The position numbers and the translations under genes are program-made. A stretch of 64,000 nucleotides of DNA. Source: Sandaracinaceae bacterium (GTDB lineage: Bacteria > Myxococcota_A > Polyangia > Polyangiales > Sandaracinaceae). Positions 43,406 to 54,061 of this stretch are shown piece after piece; position 1 is the stretch's first letter, and every line of letters begins with the position of its first letter. The notes beneath the pieces were generated by a model. That model worked only from the letters and a program-made list of their open reading frames with translations. It had not been told where the DNA came from and searched no databases. Location: NCBI GenBank assembly GCA_044220955.1, contig JBGAQA010000001.1, forward strand, positions 1 through 64,000, read 5' to 3'.

Positions 43406-43492
43406 CGTGGGCCTCCGGGTGATCAGGGTCGGCGGGCGGCCCGGGCATGTCAACGCGGCTGGCTCTGGTGCGCGCCGTGGTAAGCAGCGCGG

Positions 43493-45235
43493 ATGCGGAT
43501 CGAACGACTGCTCGACGAGGTCGCGGCCTCGGCCATCGAGCGCGCCCTCGGCGTGCGCACGCCGGCCGTGCTCCGGCCCACGAGCGACCCCAAGCACGGC
43601 GACTACCAGGTGAACGGCGTGATGCCGCTCGCCAAGCAGCAGAAGAAGAACCCCCGCGAGCTCGCCGAGCCCGTCGCGGCGGTGCTGCGCGAGCACGAGG
43701 CCATCGCGAAGGCCGAGGTGGCGGGGCCTGGCTTCGTCAACGTGACGCTCGCGCCGGCCTTCATCGCGAGCACGCTGCGGCACGCGCTCGGCGATCCGCG
43801 CCAGGGCGTGCCGCCCGCCGAGACCAAGCACCGCATCGTCGTCGACTACTCGAGCCCGAACATCGCCAAGCAGATGCACGTCGGGCACCTGCGCTCGACC
43901 ATCCTCGGCCACGCGATCTGCGAGCTGCTCTCGTTCGTCGGCCACGACGTGATCCGCGACAACCACGTCGGCGACTGGGGCACGCAGTACGGCCTCCTGA
44001 TCGCGGGGCTGCGGCGCTTCCGGCCGGGCGAGGAGGGCGGCGCGATGTCGCTCGACGACCTCGAGGGCCTCTACAAGCAGGCGAGCCAGCTCGCCGAGAC
44101 GGACGCTGCGTTCGCCGATGCCGCGCGCGCCGAGCTCGCCAAGCTCCAGAAGGGCGACCCCGAGAACCGCGCCCTCTGGGAGCGATTCGTGGCGATCACG
44201 CGCGTCGAGCTCGACCGCATGTACGAGCGGCTCGGCGTGCGCTTCGATCACTGGCTCGGCGAGAGCGCGTACGACGCGATGCTCGAGGGCGTGGCGAGGG
44301 ATCTCGAGGCCAAGGGCCTCGCGCGCCGCGACGAGGGCGCGCTCTGCATCTTCTTCGGCGACGAGATCTGGCACGACGCGCCGGAGAAGCTGAAGAAGCA
44401 GAAGGAGCCCTACATCGTCCAGAAGAAGGACGGCGCGTACCTCTACGCGACGAGCGACCTCGCGTGCATCGCGTACCGGCGCGATCACTTCCACGCCGAC
44501 CGCGCCGTCTACGTCGTCGACGTGCGCCAGAGCCTGCACTTCGAGCAGCTCTTCGCGGTCGCGCGGAAGCTCGGCGTCACCATGGGCCTCACGCACGTCG
44601 GCTTCGGCACCATCCTCGGGACCGACGGCAAGCCCCTCAAGACGCGCGACGCGAGCGGCAAGACCATCCCGCTCGCCTCGCTCCTCGACGAGGCGGAGCG
44701 CCGCGCGCTCGAGCTGATGAAGGAGGCCGAGGTCGACCTGCCGGAGCACGAGCTCCCGATCGTGGCGCGCGCGGTCGGCGCGGGCGCGGTGAAGTACGCC
44801 GACCTCCGGCAGAACCGGCTCAGCGACTACCAGTTCGACTGGGCCAAGCTCATCGCGCTCACCGGCAACTGCGGCGTCTACATCCAGTACGCCGCCGCGC
44901 GCGCCGGCGCGATCTTCCGCAAGGGCGAGATCGACGAGCGCACCCTCGCGCCCTCGTCCATCGTGCTCGACGCGCCGCAGGAGCTCTCGCTCGCGCGCAC
45001 GCTGCTGAAGTTCCCCGACGTGGTGCACGCCGCCGCCGAGACCTACCAGCCGCACCTGCTCACGGATCACCTCTACGCGGTCGCGAGCGAGCTCAGCTCG
45101 TTCTACGAGGCGTGCCCCGTCCTCAAGAGCGAGGGCTCGACGCGAGAGAGCCGCCTCGCGCTCGTGGCGCTGGCCGGCCGGCAGCTGCGGCGCGGGCTGC
45201 GATCGATCGGCATCGACGTGATCGAGCGCATGTGA
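43493..45235 (+). CDS. argS: Arginyl-tRNA synthetase
   Basis: HGDYQVN, AGPGFVN, DYSSPNIAKQMHVGHLRST, NHVGDWGTQ, FYEACPVL, terminal ERM. Confidence 0.98.
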   Translation: MRIERLLDEVAASAIERALGVRTPAVLRPTSDPKHGDYQVNGVMPLAKQQKKNPRELAEPVAAVLREHEAIAKAEVAGPGFVNVTLAPAFIASTLRHALGDPRQGVPPAETKHRIVVDYSSPNIAKQMHVGHLRSTILGHAICELLSFVGHDVIRDNHVGDWGTQYGLLIAGLRRFRPGEEGGAMSLDDLEGLYKQASQLAETDAAFADAARAELAKLQKGDPENRALWERFVAITRVELDRMYERLGVRFDHWLGESAYDAMLEGVARDLEAKGLARRDEGALCIFFGDEIWHDAPEKLKKQKEPYIVQKKDGAYLYATSDLACIAYRRDHFHADRAVYVVDVRQSLHFEQLFAVARKLGVTMGLTHVGFGTILGTDGKPLKTRDASGKTIPLASLLDEAERRALELMKEAEVDLPEHELPIVARAVGAGAVKYADLRQNRLSDYQFDWAKLIALTGNCGVYIQYAAARAGAIFRKGEIDERTLAPSSIVLDAPQELSLARTLLKFPDVVHAAAETYQPHLLTDHLYAVASELSSFYEACPVLKSEGSTRESRLALVALAGRQLRRGLRSIGIDVIERM

Positions 45236-46374
45236 CGGAGCGCGAGCGAGAGGAGCTCCCCGCCTTCTTCGTCACCGCGGCCCGCGGGACGGAGGTCGCG
45301 CTGCGTGACGAGCTGAAGGAGCTGCGCATGCGCAAGGTGCGCGCCGACCGCGGCGGCGTGCGCTTCCTGGGCTCGCACGAGGACGCGCTGCGCGTCTGTC
45401 TCGAGAGCCGCATCGCGGTTCGCGTGCTCCTCTCGCTCGGGACGGCGACGGTGCGCGATCAGGGCGAGCTCTACGACGCCGCACGCACGATCGCCTGGGA
45501 GCGCGTCCTCGACGCGAAGCGCACGCTGGCCGTGAGCGCCGTCAGCAAGGACGAGGCGCTGCGCCACACGGGCTTCGTCGCGATGAAGGTCAAGGACGCC
45601 ATCGTCGATCGCCTGCGTGAGAGGGATCACTCGGGACGCCGCCCCGACGTCGACCGCGACGACCCCGACGTCGGCGTCTTCGTGCACCTCTCGCGCGGCA
45701 CCGCGAGCTTCTACGCGGACGTCTCGGGCCGCTCGCTGCACGAGCGGGGCTATCGACGCCGCATCGGCGATGCGCCCCTGAAGGAGACGCTCGCGGCCGC
45801 CGTACTGCGGCTCGGCGGCTGGGACCGGAAGAGCCCGCTGCTCGATCCGATGTGCGGTTCCGGCACGATCGCGATCGAGGCGGACCTCTGGGCCCGGGAG
45901 GTCGCGCCGGGCCTGCGCCACGCCCGGTTCGGGATCGAGCGCTGGGCCGACCACGACGCCGCCCGGGCCACCTCCTTCGCGGCGGTCCGGGCGCGGGTGG
46001 CTGCGCGGGCCCGGCCGGAGGGTCCGACGATCGTCGCCAGCGACGCCGATCCGGCCGCGATCGACGCGGCCACCAAGAACGCCCGCGACGCCGGGGCCCG
46101 CGTCCGGTTCTCCGTTTGCCGCGCCTCGGAAGCGGCGATCCCCGGACCGGGGACCTTCGTCGTGACCAACCCGCCCTACGGCGTCCGGATCTCCGGAGCG
46201 GCCGAAGCCATGGAGGATCTCGTGGCCCTCTTGCGTCGGGCCCGCCCGGCCCGCCTGGCCGTCCTGGGAGAGCTTCCGGCCAAGCTGCCCTTCGTCGCCG
46301 TGTCAGCCCACGCACTGAGCAATGGCCCGCTGGACGTCACCCTCTCGGTGTTCGACGCCCCCGAGCGGACCTGA
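45232..46374 (+). CDS. THUMP-domain RNA m2G methyltransferase (RlmL-like)
   Basis: [36 protein letters not shown] overlap with argS. Confidence 0.9.
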   Translation: MTEREREELPAFFVTAARGTEVALRDELKELRMRKVRADRGGVRFLGSHEDALRVCLESRIAVRVLLSLGTATVRDQGELYDAARTIAWERVLDAKRTLAVSAVSKDEALRHTGFVAMKVKDAIVDRLRERDHSGRRPDVDRDDPDVGVFVHLSRGTASFYADVSGRSLHERGYRRRIGDAPLKETLAAAVLRLGGWDRKSPLLDPMCGSGTIAIEADLWAREVAPGLRHARFGIERWADHDAARATSFAAVRARVAARARPEGPTIVASDADPAAIDAATKNARDAGARVRFSVCRASEAAIPGPGTFVVTNPPYGVRISGAAEAMEDLVALLRRARPARLAVLGELPAKLPFVAVSAHALSNGPLDVTLSVFDAPERT

Positions 46375-46425
46375 AGGCCCGCCCTTGGGATCTTCCGCCA
46401 TTCTGGTAAGCTGCGAGCAGGCTGG

Positions 46426-48063
46426 ATGAACCAACCCGCGTCCAAGTCGACCCAGGTCGACGCCCCGGAGAACCTCGTCGGGCGGACGCTCGACGGGCGC
46501 TTCCGCATCATCGCGGCGCTGGCGCGCGGCGGCATGGGGGCCGTCTACCGGGCCGAGCAGCTCCCCCTCGGGCGCGCCGTCGCGATCAAGGTTCTCTCGC
46601 TCCGCCACGACGAGGACCAGGACCCGGAGTTCCGCAAGCGCTTCCTCCTCGAGGCGTCGACGGCCGCCAAGCTCACGCACCCGAACACGGTGCGCGTGTT
46701 CGACTACGGCCAGACCGACGACGGCCTCTACTTCATCGCCATGGAGCTCCTCGAGGGGCTCACGCTCAAGGAGATCATCGCGAAGGAGGGCGCCATCGCG
46801 CCCGAGCGCGCCATCGAGATCACCAAGCAGATCGCGCGCTCGCTGCGCGAGGCGCACCGCATCGGCATCGTCCACCGCGACATGAAGCCGGGCAACGTGA
46901 TGCTCGTGCAGCGTGGCGGCGACGAGACGGTGAAGGTCCTCGACTTCGGGCTCGCGAAGGAGACCGGCGGCGCCGAGGGCGAGATCGAGGACATCACGCA
47001 GACGGGCGTGTTCATGGGCTCGCCCAAGTACATGTCCCCCGAGCAGATCCAGGGCGAGAAGCTCGACGCGCGCTCGGACCTCTACTCGGTCGGCGTGATC
47101 CTGTACGAGATGCTGGCGGGCAAGCCGCCCTTCCAGCGCGAGCAGCCGATGCAGGTCCTGATGGACCACATCCGCGAGATCCCGAAGACGGTCGCGGCGC
47201 CCGAGGGGCGCGACCCGCTCCCGCTGGGCGTGGTGCACGCGACCATGCGCTGCCTCGCGAAGGTCCGCGAGGAGCGCTGGAACGACATGGACCAGTTCCT
47301 CCTGGCGCTGAAGGAAGCCATGGGGGGGCCGACGTCGTCGTCGGGGCAGATCGCCGCGATGACGGGCGAGTGGGACGCGATGAAGTCGGGCGTCATGTCG
47401 CTCGCGAACACGACCGGCAGCGGCCCCGCCGTGCGCGTCGCGACCGGAACACCCGACCACGGCGTCACGCCGCTCGGCGCGTCCTCGGTTCCGTCGCCGG
47501 CGCCGGTCCTGTCCGAGGCCCCGCCCGCGTCACGCGGCAACGGCGTGCTCTGGGCGGCGATCGGCGTCGTCGCGCTGGTGGCCGCCGTGGGCGGCTACGT
47601 CGTGTTCGGCCAGGCGCCAGCCGCCCCGCCCACCACCACGCTCGCGACGCCCACGCCGCCGCCGACGACGACGACCGAGGCGCTACCGCCTCCCTCGACC
47701 GCCCTGGGCACGACCGCGGTCGTGGCCCCTCTGCCCGAGACCACCATCCGCACGGTGCTCGTGTCGCTGCGCTCGCAGCCCACGGGCGCCACGGTGGTCC
47801 TCGGCGATCGCACCTACGGGCCGACGCCCAGCGAGGTGGAGCTCACCGGAGCGCTCGCCGAGGAGGGCGCGACGCTGCACTTCGTGTTCAGTCACCCTGG
47901 CTTCCGCGACATGCCGATGGACGCGACGGTGAGCGGCGCCACGCTGGACGTGAACGCGCGGATGGCGCGCATCCCACGCGCGACGACGTCGCACGAAGAG
48001 ACCGGCGAGGGGACCGCGACGGGCGACACCCACGTCGAGGGCTACCGCGACTCTCCGTACTGA
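46426..48063 (+). CDS. Membrane Ser/Thr protein kinase with PEGA-like C-terminus
   Basis: [40 protein letters not shown]. Confidence 0.95.
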   Translation: MNQPASKSTQVDAPENLVGRTLDGRFRIIAALARGGMGAVYRAEQLPLGRAVAIKVLSLRHDEDQDPEFRKRFLLEASTAAKLTHPNTVRVFDYGQTDDGLYFIAMELLEGLTLKEIIAKEGAIAPERAIEITKQIARSLREAHRIGIVHRDMKPGNVMLVQRGGDETVKVLDFGLAKETGGAEGEIEDITQTGVFMGSPKYMSPEQIQGEKLDARSDLYSVGVILYEMLAGKPPFQREQPMQVLMDHIREIPKTVAAPEGRDPLPLGVVHATMRCLAKVREERWNDMDQFLLALKEAMGGPTSSSGQIAAMTGEWDAMKSGVMSLANTTGSGPAVRVATGTPDHGVTPLGASSVPSPAPVLSEAPPASRGNGVLWAAIGVVALVAAVGGYVVFGQAPAAPPTTTLATPTPPPTTTTEALPPPSTALGTTAVVAPLPETTIRTVLVSLRSQPTGATVVLGDRTYGPTPSEVELTGALAEEGATLHFVFSHPGFRDMPMDATVSGATLDVNARMARIPRATTSHEETGEGTATGDTHVEGYRDSPY

Positions 48064-48184
48064 TCGAACGCTGGGCGCTCGGGTAACGATCAGGTCCGCA
48101 GGCGCTCCGGAAGCAGGCGGCGTCGCGGTGTGTAGGGGCCCGAGCGCCGGGACACGTCCGCTCGTGCCCGCTGCGCGGCGGCGC

Positions 48185-49414
48185 TCAGCTCGCGGGCAGC
48201 AGCGTGGAGAGCGCGACGGTGTCGTCGGCGAGCGCCTCGGGCGACACGTCGACGCCGGCGGCGATGAGCTTCTTGGCCCCCGCGATCTCCTTGAGGCGGT
48301 TGACGCCGATCGCGAAGGCGAGCTTGCCTCCCCGGAGGTGGAACGCGACGAACGCGCGCGCCTCGCGCGAGCCGCGATGGACGACGCGATCGTAGTCGGC
48401 CACGTGGCCGACGCTCTGCATCTTGAGGTCGTACTGATCCGACCAGAAGAAGGGCACGGTGTCGTGCACCTCCGGCTTGCCGAGGAGGTTCGCCACGATG
48501 CAAGCGCCCTGCGTCTGCGCGTTGTCGACCGACTCGACGATCACGTGCTTGCCGCCGAGCGCGCGCGCCGGGCCGCACGCGACGTCGCCCGCGGCGTAGA
48601 TGCCCGGGGCGTTCGTCTGGCAGTGCGCGTCCACGATCACCCCGCGGTCCGTGCGGACGCCCGACCCCGCCAGCCACTCGGTGCTCGGCGCGACGCCGAT
48701 CCCGACGACGACGAAGTCGCAGGGGATGCGCTCGCCGCTCGTGGTCACCACCTCCTCCGCGCGAGCCGCGCCGCGGATCGCCGAGACGCCCACGCCGCAG
48801 CGCAGGTCCACGCCGCGCGCGCGATGCTGCTCGGCGTAGAACGCGCCGACGTCGGCCCCGAACGCGCGCAGGAGCGGTCGCTCGGCGGCTTCGATCATCA
48901 CGACCTCGAGCCCCTCGTCACGACACGAGGCCGCGACCTCGGCGCCGATGACGCCGGCGCCCACGACCACCACGCGCTTCTTGGTCACGACCTCCTCGCG
49001 GATGGCGCGCGCATCGGCGAGCGAGCGCAGGACGTACACCCCGGGGAGCGAGGCGCCCTCGCAGGGGAGCGTCCGTGCGGCAGCTCCGGTCGCGACGATC
49101 AGGTGGTCGAAGGGCACCCGCTCGCCCCCCTCGAGCTCGACCTCGCGCGCCGTCGTGTCGAGCCCGCGCGCGCGCCGGCCCGTGACCAGCTCGATGCGGT
49201 GCTCGTCGTACCAGCCGGGAGCACGGAAGAAGAGCTTGGCCTCCTCGATCTGGCCGCGGATCAGCTTCTTCGAGAGCGGCGGGCGATCGTAGGGACGCTC
49301 GACCTCGTCGCCGATCAGCGTGATCGATCCCTGCCACCCACCCCGGCGTAGCTGCTCGGCCGCCCGCCCGCCCGCGAGGCTCGCGCCCACGATCAAGACC
49401 CGCCCGCTCGTCAT
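48185..49414 (-). CDS. Ferredoxin reductase-type FAD/NAD oxidoreductase
   Basis: IVGASLAG, PYDRPPLSK, VGAGVIGAE, YAAGD, PFFWSDQYD. Confidence 0.92.
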   Translation of the reverse strand: MTSGRVLIVGASLAGGRAAEQLRRGGWQGSITLIGDEVERPYDRPPLSKKLIRGQIEEAKLFFRAPGWYDEHRIELVTGRRARGLDTTAREVELEGGERVPFDHLIVATGAAARTLPCEGASLPGVYVLRSLADARAIREEVVTKKRVVVVGAGVIGAEVAASCRDEGLEVVMIEAAERPLLRAFGADVGAFYAEQHRARGVDLRCGVGVSAIRGAARAEEVVTTSGERIPCDFVVVGIGVAPSTEWLAGSGVRTDRGVIVDAHCQTNAPGIYAAGDVACGPARALGGKHVIVESVDNAQTQGACIVANLLGKPEVHDTVPFFWSDQYDLKMQSVGHVADYDRVVHRGSREARAFVAFHLRGGKLAFAIGVNRLKEIAGAKKLIAAGVDVSPEALADDTVALSTLLPAS

Positions 49415-49478
49415 GGGTGCGCTATCTAGCGCCGATCCGCGTTCGCGCTGGCGCCGCGGGGCGTGATACCAACTTCGT

Positions 49479-51689
49479 GTGCGCTCTCTCGCCCTCCTCG
49501 CCCTCCTCGTCCTCGCCCTCGGCGCGTGCTCGCAGCCTGGTCCTGCGGCCCTCGACGGGAGCGCCGATGCCGGCACCGATACGCCCGTGGTGCGCTTGGA
49601 CGCCGCGATCACCTGGACGGCCGCGCCTTTCGCCCCGACGCCGGACACCATCGCGTACTGCGTCGGGCACGACGACGCGGCGATCGAGGCGCACATCACC
49701 GCGCTGCTGTCCCAGCTCTCGCTCGACCAGAAGATCGCGCTCATGCACGGCGCCTCCACGGGGCTCGTCGACGGCACGTGGCAGGTCGACGGCATCGCCG
49801 CGCTCGGCATCCCCGGTCTGCACATGCTCGACGGGCCGCGCGGGCTCTCGCGCTTCACGAACCTGCATGGCACCGCGTTCCCCGTCGGCATGATGCGCGG
49901 CGCGACCTGGGACCCGGCGCTCGAGCGACGCGTCGGGGCCGCCATCGCCGTCGAGCACCGCTCCGCGGGCGCGGACGTCGTTCTCGCGCCGACCATCAAC
50001 ATCCTTCGGCACCCGCGCTGGGGACGCGCGCAGGAGACCTACGGCGAGGACACGCACCACCTCGGGGAGATGGGCCTCGGGTTCGTGCTGGGCGTCCAGA
50101 GCGAGCACCTGCTCGCCAGCGTGAAGCACTTCGCCGCCAACTCGATCGAGGACACGCGACACACCGTCGACGTGACGATGGACGAGCGGACGCTTCGGGA
50201 GGTGTACCTCCCGCACTTCCGGCGCGTGATCATCGACGGGCACGCCGGGTCGGTGATGAGCGCCTACAACCAGCTGAACGGCGCCTACTGCGACGTGAAC
50301 GCGCACCTGCTCACCGACATCCTGCGCACCGAGTGGGGCTTCGCGGGCTTCGTCGAGTCGGACTGGCTGCTCGGCACGCACGGCAGCGCGGAGTCGGCGA
50401 TCGCGGGTCTCGACATCGAGATGCCTGGTGCGATGCACTACCGCGACCTGCGCGCCGACTTCGAGCGCGGGGCGATCGATCAGGCGACGATCGACCTCCG
50501 CGTACGCGAGATCCTGCGCGGCATGTTCTGCTTCGGGCTCGACGCGGCGCCACCTCGGACGCGGGGCGTGCGGATCGACGACCCCACGCAGCGCGAGACG
50601 GCGGAGCACCTCGCGCTCGCCCGGGAGGTCGCGCGTCGCGGCATCGTGCTCTTGCGCAACGAGAGCGCTGCGTTGCCGGTCGGTGCGGCCGTGCGCTCCA
50701 TCGTCGTGCTCGGGCGCAACGCAGACGAGGAGAACATCGGAGACGTCGGATCGAGCGACGTGACGCCGACGGACGTCGTGACGGCGCTCGAGGGCCTCAC
50801 CGGGCGGGCTGGATCGGCTGTCACCGTGACGCACGTGCCCGGCACCTCGCTCGACGCGGCGGCGACGTCCGTGGTCGCGGCCGCCGACGTCGCGATCGTC
50901 GTCACGGGCCTTCGGAGCAGCGACGAGGGCGAGGGCGACCTCGCCGCCGGCGACCGCGAGAGCCTCGAGGTGCCGCCCGCGGAGGTCGCGCTGATCCGCG
51001 CCGTCGCGGCGGCGAACGCGCGCACCATCGTGATCCTCGAGGGCGGCGCGGCGCTGCTCACGCGGCCGTGGGAGAGCGAGGTCGAGGCGATCCTGTTCGC
51101 GTTCTACCCGGGCGCGCGCGGGGGCGAGGCGATCGCCGACGTCGTCTTCGGCGACGCGGCGCCCTCCGGGCGGCTGCCGTTCAGCATCCCCGTCGCGGAG
51201 ACGGACCTGCCGCCCTTCGACTCCACGTCGCCGACGGTCGCGTACGGCTACCTCCACGGCTACCGCTACCTGGAAGACGCGTCCGTCGCGCCCGCCTACC
51301 CCTTCGGCTTCGGTCTCTCGTACACGACGTTCTCGCTCTCGAACCTGCGCGTCTCGAGCGCGACCGCGCACCCCGGCGACGCGATCGACGTCACGGTCAC
51401 CGTCACGAACGAGGGCGGCGCGGCCGCGATCGACACGGTCGAGCTCTACGTCGCCGCGATCGGCAGCGCCGTGGTGCGCGCGCCCGAGGATCTGCGTGGC
51501 TTCGGCCAGATCGAGCTCGCCGCGCACGCGAGCGCCGACGTCACGATGACCTTGCGCGCGGACGACCTGCGCACCTGGGACAGCGCGACGAGCGCATGGG
51601 TCCTGGAGCCCATCGACTACGAGCTCCGCGCGTCCGCCTTCGCCGGCGATCCCGCGGCCCTCACCGCGGCGATCCACGGATCACCCTGA
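49479..51689 (+). CDS. GH3 beta-glucosidase lipoprotein with Fn3-like domain
   Basis: LGAC lipobox; DGPRG, RHPRWGRAQETYGED, KHF, VESDW, YPFGFGLSYT. Confidence 0.95.
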   Translation: MRSLALLALLVLALGACSQPGPAALDGSADAGTDTPVVRLDAAITWTAAPFAPTPDTIAYCVGHDDAAIEAHITALLSQLSLDQKIALMHGASTGLVDGTWQVDGIAALGIPGLHMLDGPRGLSRFTNLHGTAFPVGMMRGATWDPALERRVGAAIAVEHRSAGADVVLAPTINILRHPRWGRAQETYGEDTHHLGEMGLGFVLGVQSEHLLASVKHFAANSIEDTRHTVDVTMDERTLREVYLPHFRRVIIDGHAGSVMSAYNQLNGAYCDVNAHLLTDILRTEWGFAGFVESDWLLGTHGSAESAIAGLDIEMPGAMHYRDLRADFERGAIDQATIDLRVREILRGMFCFGLDAAPPRTRGVRIDDPTQRETAEHLALAREVARRGIVLLRNESAALPVGAAVRSIVVLGRNADEENIGDVGSSDVTPTDVVTALEGLTGRAGSAVTVTHVPGTSLDAAATSVVAAADVAIVVTGLRSSDEGEGDLAAGDRESLEVPPAEVALIRAVAAANARTIVILEGGAALLTRPWESEVEAILFAFYPGARGGEAIADVVFGDAAPSGRLPFSIPVAETDLPPFDSTSPTVAYGYLHGYRYLEDASVAPAYPFGFGLSYTTFSLSNLRVSSATAHPGDAIDVTVTVTNEGGAAAIDTVELYVAAIGSAVVRAPEDLRGFGQIELAAHASADVTMTLRADDLRTWDSATSAWVLEPIDYELRASAFAGDPAALTAAIHGSP

Positions 51690-51755
51690 CCTGGGGTCAC
51701 TCCAACCCCTCGCAAGTACCCGAAACGACACGCGTCCTGCGGGTAGGTGCGCGTT

Positions 51756-52976
51756 TCAGTCGTGCATCGACACCAGGGCGCGGCCCTCGAGCCCGCTGAG
51801 CTGGTTCACCGCGGCGGGATCGCCGAGCAGCTGGCTGCCCCAGAACGCCGCGGCCACGTCGGCGCCGAGCTCGCGCGCCTCGGCGTTGTCGGCGTAGGTG
51901 AACGCCGCGCGCGGCGGCGCCTGGCGCATGCCCATCCCGCAGCCGGCGTTCCAGCCGTCGTGCAGGCCGGCGATGTCCGAGAAGGAGAAATGACCAGCGT
52001 CGGCGACCTCGACGAGCCAAGCGGGACCGCCGACGTGCGTGTAGTCGTTGCGGAGCACGGCGTTTCCCGCGAGGCCGATGCTGTTGTCCTCCTGCGCGAG
52101 CAGGAACAGGTAGGGGACGTGGATCGTGGAGACGTCCGCGCCGAACGCCGAGAGCGGCGCTGCGATCGCCATCGCCGCGACGAATCGGCTGTCCGACATG
52201 ACGGCCGCGCCCGTCGTGATCGCGCCGTAGCTGTGGCCCATGACGCCCACGCGCGTCGCGTCGACGTGGCCACGCAGATCGACGGGCAGCTCCGTCGCCG
52301 TCGCGTCGAGGAGGCGGTCGAGCACGCTCGAGACGTCGCTCGAGCGGACGGCGAGGTACGTGGCGTCGAGCGGCGCGAGCGTCGCGTCCCAATAGGTGTC
52401 CTCGAGGTGATCGGGCGCCGCGACGACGATGCCGTGCGAGGCGAGGCGCTCGGCGATCTCCGCGACGTCGAAGCGCATGCAGCCGTGGCAGTGGGAGAAC
52501 ACGATGGCGGGCCAGGGCGTGCTGGCCGCGGCGGCCGCGGGCGCCGCCGCCGAGCGCGTCTGCGCCCGGATGCAGCTCGCCGGCGCCGTGGCGACGAGGG
52601 ACGTGAGCGTCGCCGCGCGCGCACCGGACTCGAACGCCGACATCGACTGCCCCGTCGTCGCCGCGGCGCGCGCGCTCTCGTCGGCCGGATACCAGATCTC
52701 CACCGGCAGCATCCGCGCGCCCGTGCGGTCGAGCATCGTCACGTGCACGTTCCCGACGGGATGCGGACCGGCGCTGCCGTAGTCGGTGCGCGGCATCCCG
52801 GCGTCGGTCCAGCTCGCGTCCCGCACGTAGGCGTCGGGACCGACGTCGGGGCGCGGGGCCGCGTCGCGGCCGGCGTCGTCCACGACGCTCGCGTCGTCGC
52901 CCGCGTCGGGCGTCGACGCCGACGAGGGGGTGCACGAGACGAGCGAGAGCAGCGCACACGAGAGCCAGATCCGCAT
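51756..52976 (-). CDS. Alpha/beta hydrolase lipoprotein (PAF-acetylhydrolase/dienelactone hydrolase-like)
   Basis: LVSC lipobox; EIWYPA, VFSH, LASHGIVVAAPDH, GHSYG nucleophile, AGHFSFSD. Confidence 0.88.
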   Translation of the reverse strand: MRIWLSCALLSLVSCTPSSASTPDAGDDASVVDDAGRDAAPRPDVGPDAYVRDASWTDAGMPRTDYGSAGPHPVGNVHVTMLDRTGARMLPVEIWYPADESARAAATTGQSMSAFESGARAATLTSLVATAPASCIRAQTRSAAAPAAAAASTPWPAIVFSHCHGCMRFDVAEIAERLASHGIVVAAPDHLEDTYWDATLAPLDATYLAVRSSDVSSVLDRLLDATATELPVDLRGHVDATRVGVMGHSYGAITTGAAVMSDSRFVAAMAIAAPLSAFGADVSTIHVPYLFLLAQEDNSIGLAGNAVLRNDYTHVGGPAWLVEVADAGHFSFSDIAGLHDGWNAGCGMGMRQAPPRAAFTYADNAEARELGADVAAAFWGSQLLGDPAAVNQLSGLEGRALVSMHD

Positions 52977-52987
52977 GCCGTCTCGTA

Positions 52988-53587
52988 TCACACGCGCCGG
53001 AGCACGAGCACGAAGTTGTTCGCCGGCATCGCCACGCGCTCGTCGAGACGCAGCCCGCACGCCTCTGCCTCGGCGACGACGGCCTCGAGATCGCGCACCC
53101 CGAACCGCGGGTCGCGCTCGCGCTTGAGCCACGCGTCGAACTCGACGTTGCTCTCGGAGGTGTGCTGGCCACCGATCTTGTAGGGCCCGTAGGTGACGAG
53201 CGGCGCGCCCGGGGCCAGCAGCGCGGCGGCGCCCCTCATCAGCGCCGGCACGGTCGAGGGCGGCGACGCGTGGATCATGTTGATGCACAGGACTGCGTCG
53301 GCCCGAGCGATCGGCCAGGGCTGCGCGAGCACGTCGAGCCGCATCGCGGGCAACACCGTCCCTGCCGTCCGCATGGCGGCCCGGGCATCGATCTCGCCGA
53401 GCGCCTCGTCGCTCGCCTCCGTCGGCTGGAAGATCAGCTCTGGAAGACGCTCGGCGAAGTACGCCGCGTGCCCGCCGCCGCCGCTCGCGATCTCGAGCAC
53501 GGTTCCTCGCTCCGGCAGCACACGCACGAGCACGTCGGCGATCGGCCCGCGGTTGCGGAGAACGGCTCCCGAGATCGGCTGGACCAT
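52988..53587 (-). CDS. DUF938 SAM-dependent methyltransferase
   Basis: RNRGPI, VLEIASGGGGH, CINMIH, YGPY, SNVEFD, MPANN. Confidence 0.9.
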   Translation of the reverse strand: MVQPISGAVLRNRGPIADVLVRVLPERGTVLEIASGGGGHAAYFAERLPELIFQPTEASDEALGEIDARAAMRTAGTVLPAMRLDVLAQPWPIARADAVLCINMIHASPPSTVPALMRGAAALLAPGAPLVTYGPYKIGGQHTSESNVEFDAWLKRERDPRFGVRDLEAVVAEAEACGLRLDERVAMPANNFVLVLRRV

Positions 53588-53612
53588 CGGCGCATCGTAG
53601 TACGCTCGCGCC

Positions 53613-54038
53613 ATGCGCTACCTCCACACCATGCTTCGCGTGCGCGACCTCGACGCCGCGCTGAGGTTCTTCGTCGACGATTTGGGGCTGCGCGAGACGC
53701 GGCGCCGCGAGAGCGAGCAGGGCCGCTTCACGCTCGTGTTCCTCGCGTGCGGTGTCGAGGCGAGCCCGGCCGAGATCGAGCTGACCTATAACTGGGACCA
53801 GAAGGAGCCCAACCCCACCGGGCGCTTCTTCGGCCACCTCGCGTTCGAGGTCGACGACATCTACGCCACGTGCGCGCGGCTACGCGACCGCGGGATCACG
53901 ATCCACCGACCGCCGCGCGACGGGAAGATGGCGTTCGTGAAGACCCCCGACGGACACTCCATCGAGCTGCTCCAGAAGGGAGACGCCCGGCCGCTCGAGG
54001 AGCCGTGGAGGTCGGCCCCGAACGTCGGCGAGTGGTGA
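53613..54038 (+). CDS. gloA: Lactoylglutathione lyase (glyoxalase I)
   Basis: [42 protein letters not shown]. Confidence 0.9.
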   Translation: MRYLHTMLRVRDLDAALRFFVDDLGLRETRRRESEQGRFTLVFLACGVEASPAEIELTYNWDQKEPNPTGRFFGHLAFEVDDIYATCARLRDRGITIHRPPRDGKMAFVKTPDGHSIELLQKGDARPLEEPWRSAPNVGEW

Positions 54039-54061
54039 GCACGCGAAGGGAGCGGTGTACC

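Noticed and set aside
43406..43448. ORF-track start of the protease at 43448
   Set aside because: No SD and no signal-peptide n-region; the SD-led ATG at 43405 fits better once the SSR is accounted for.
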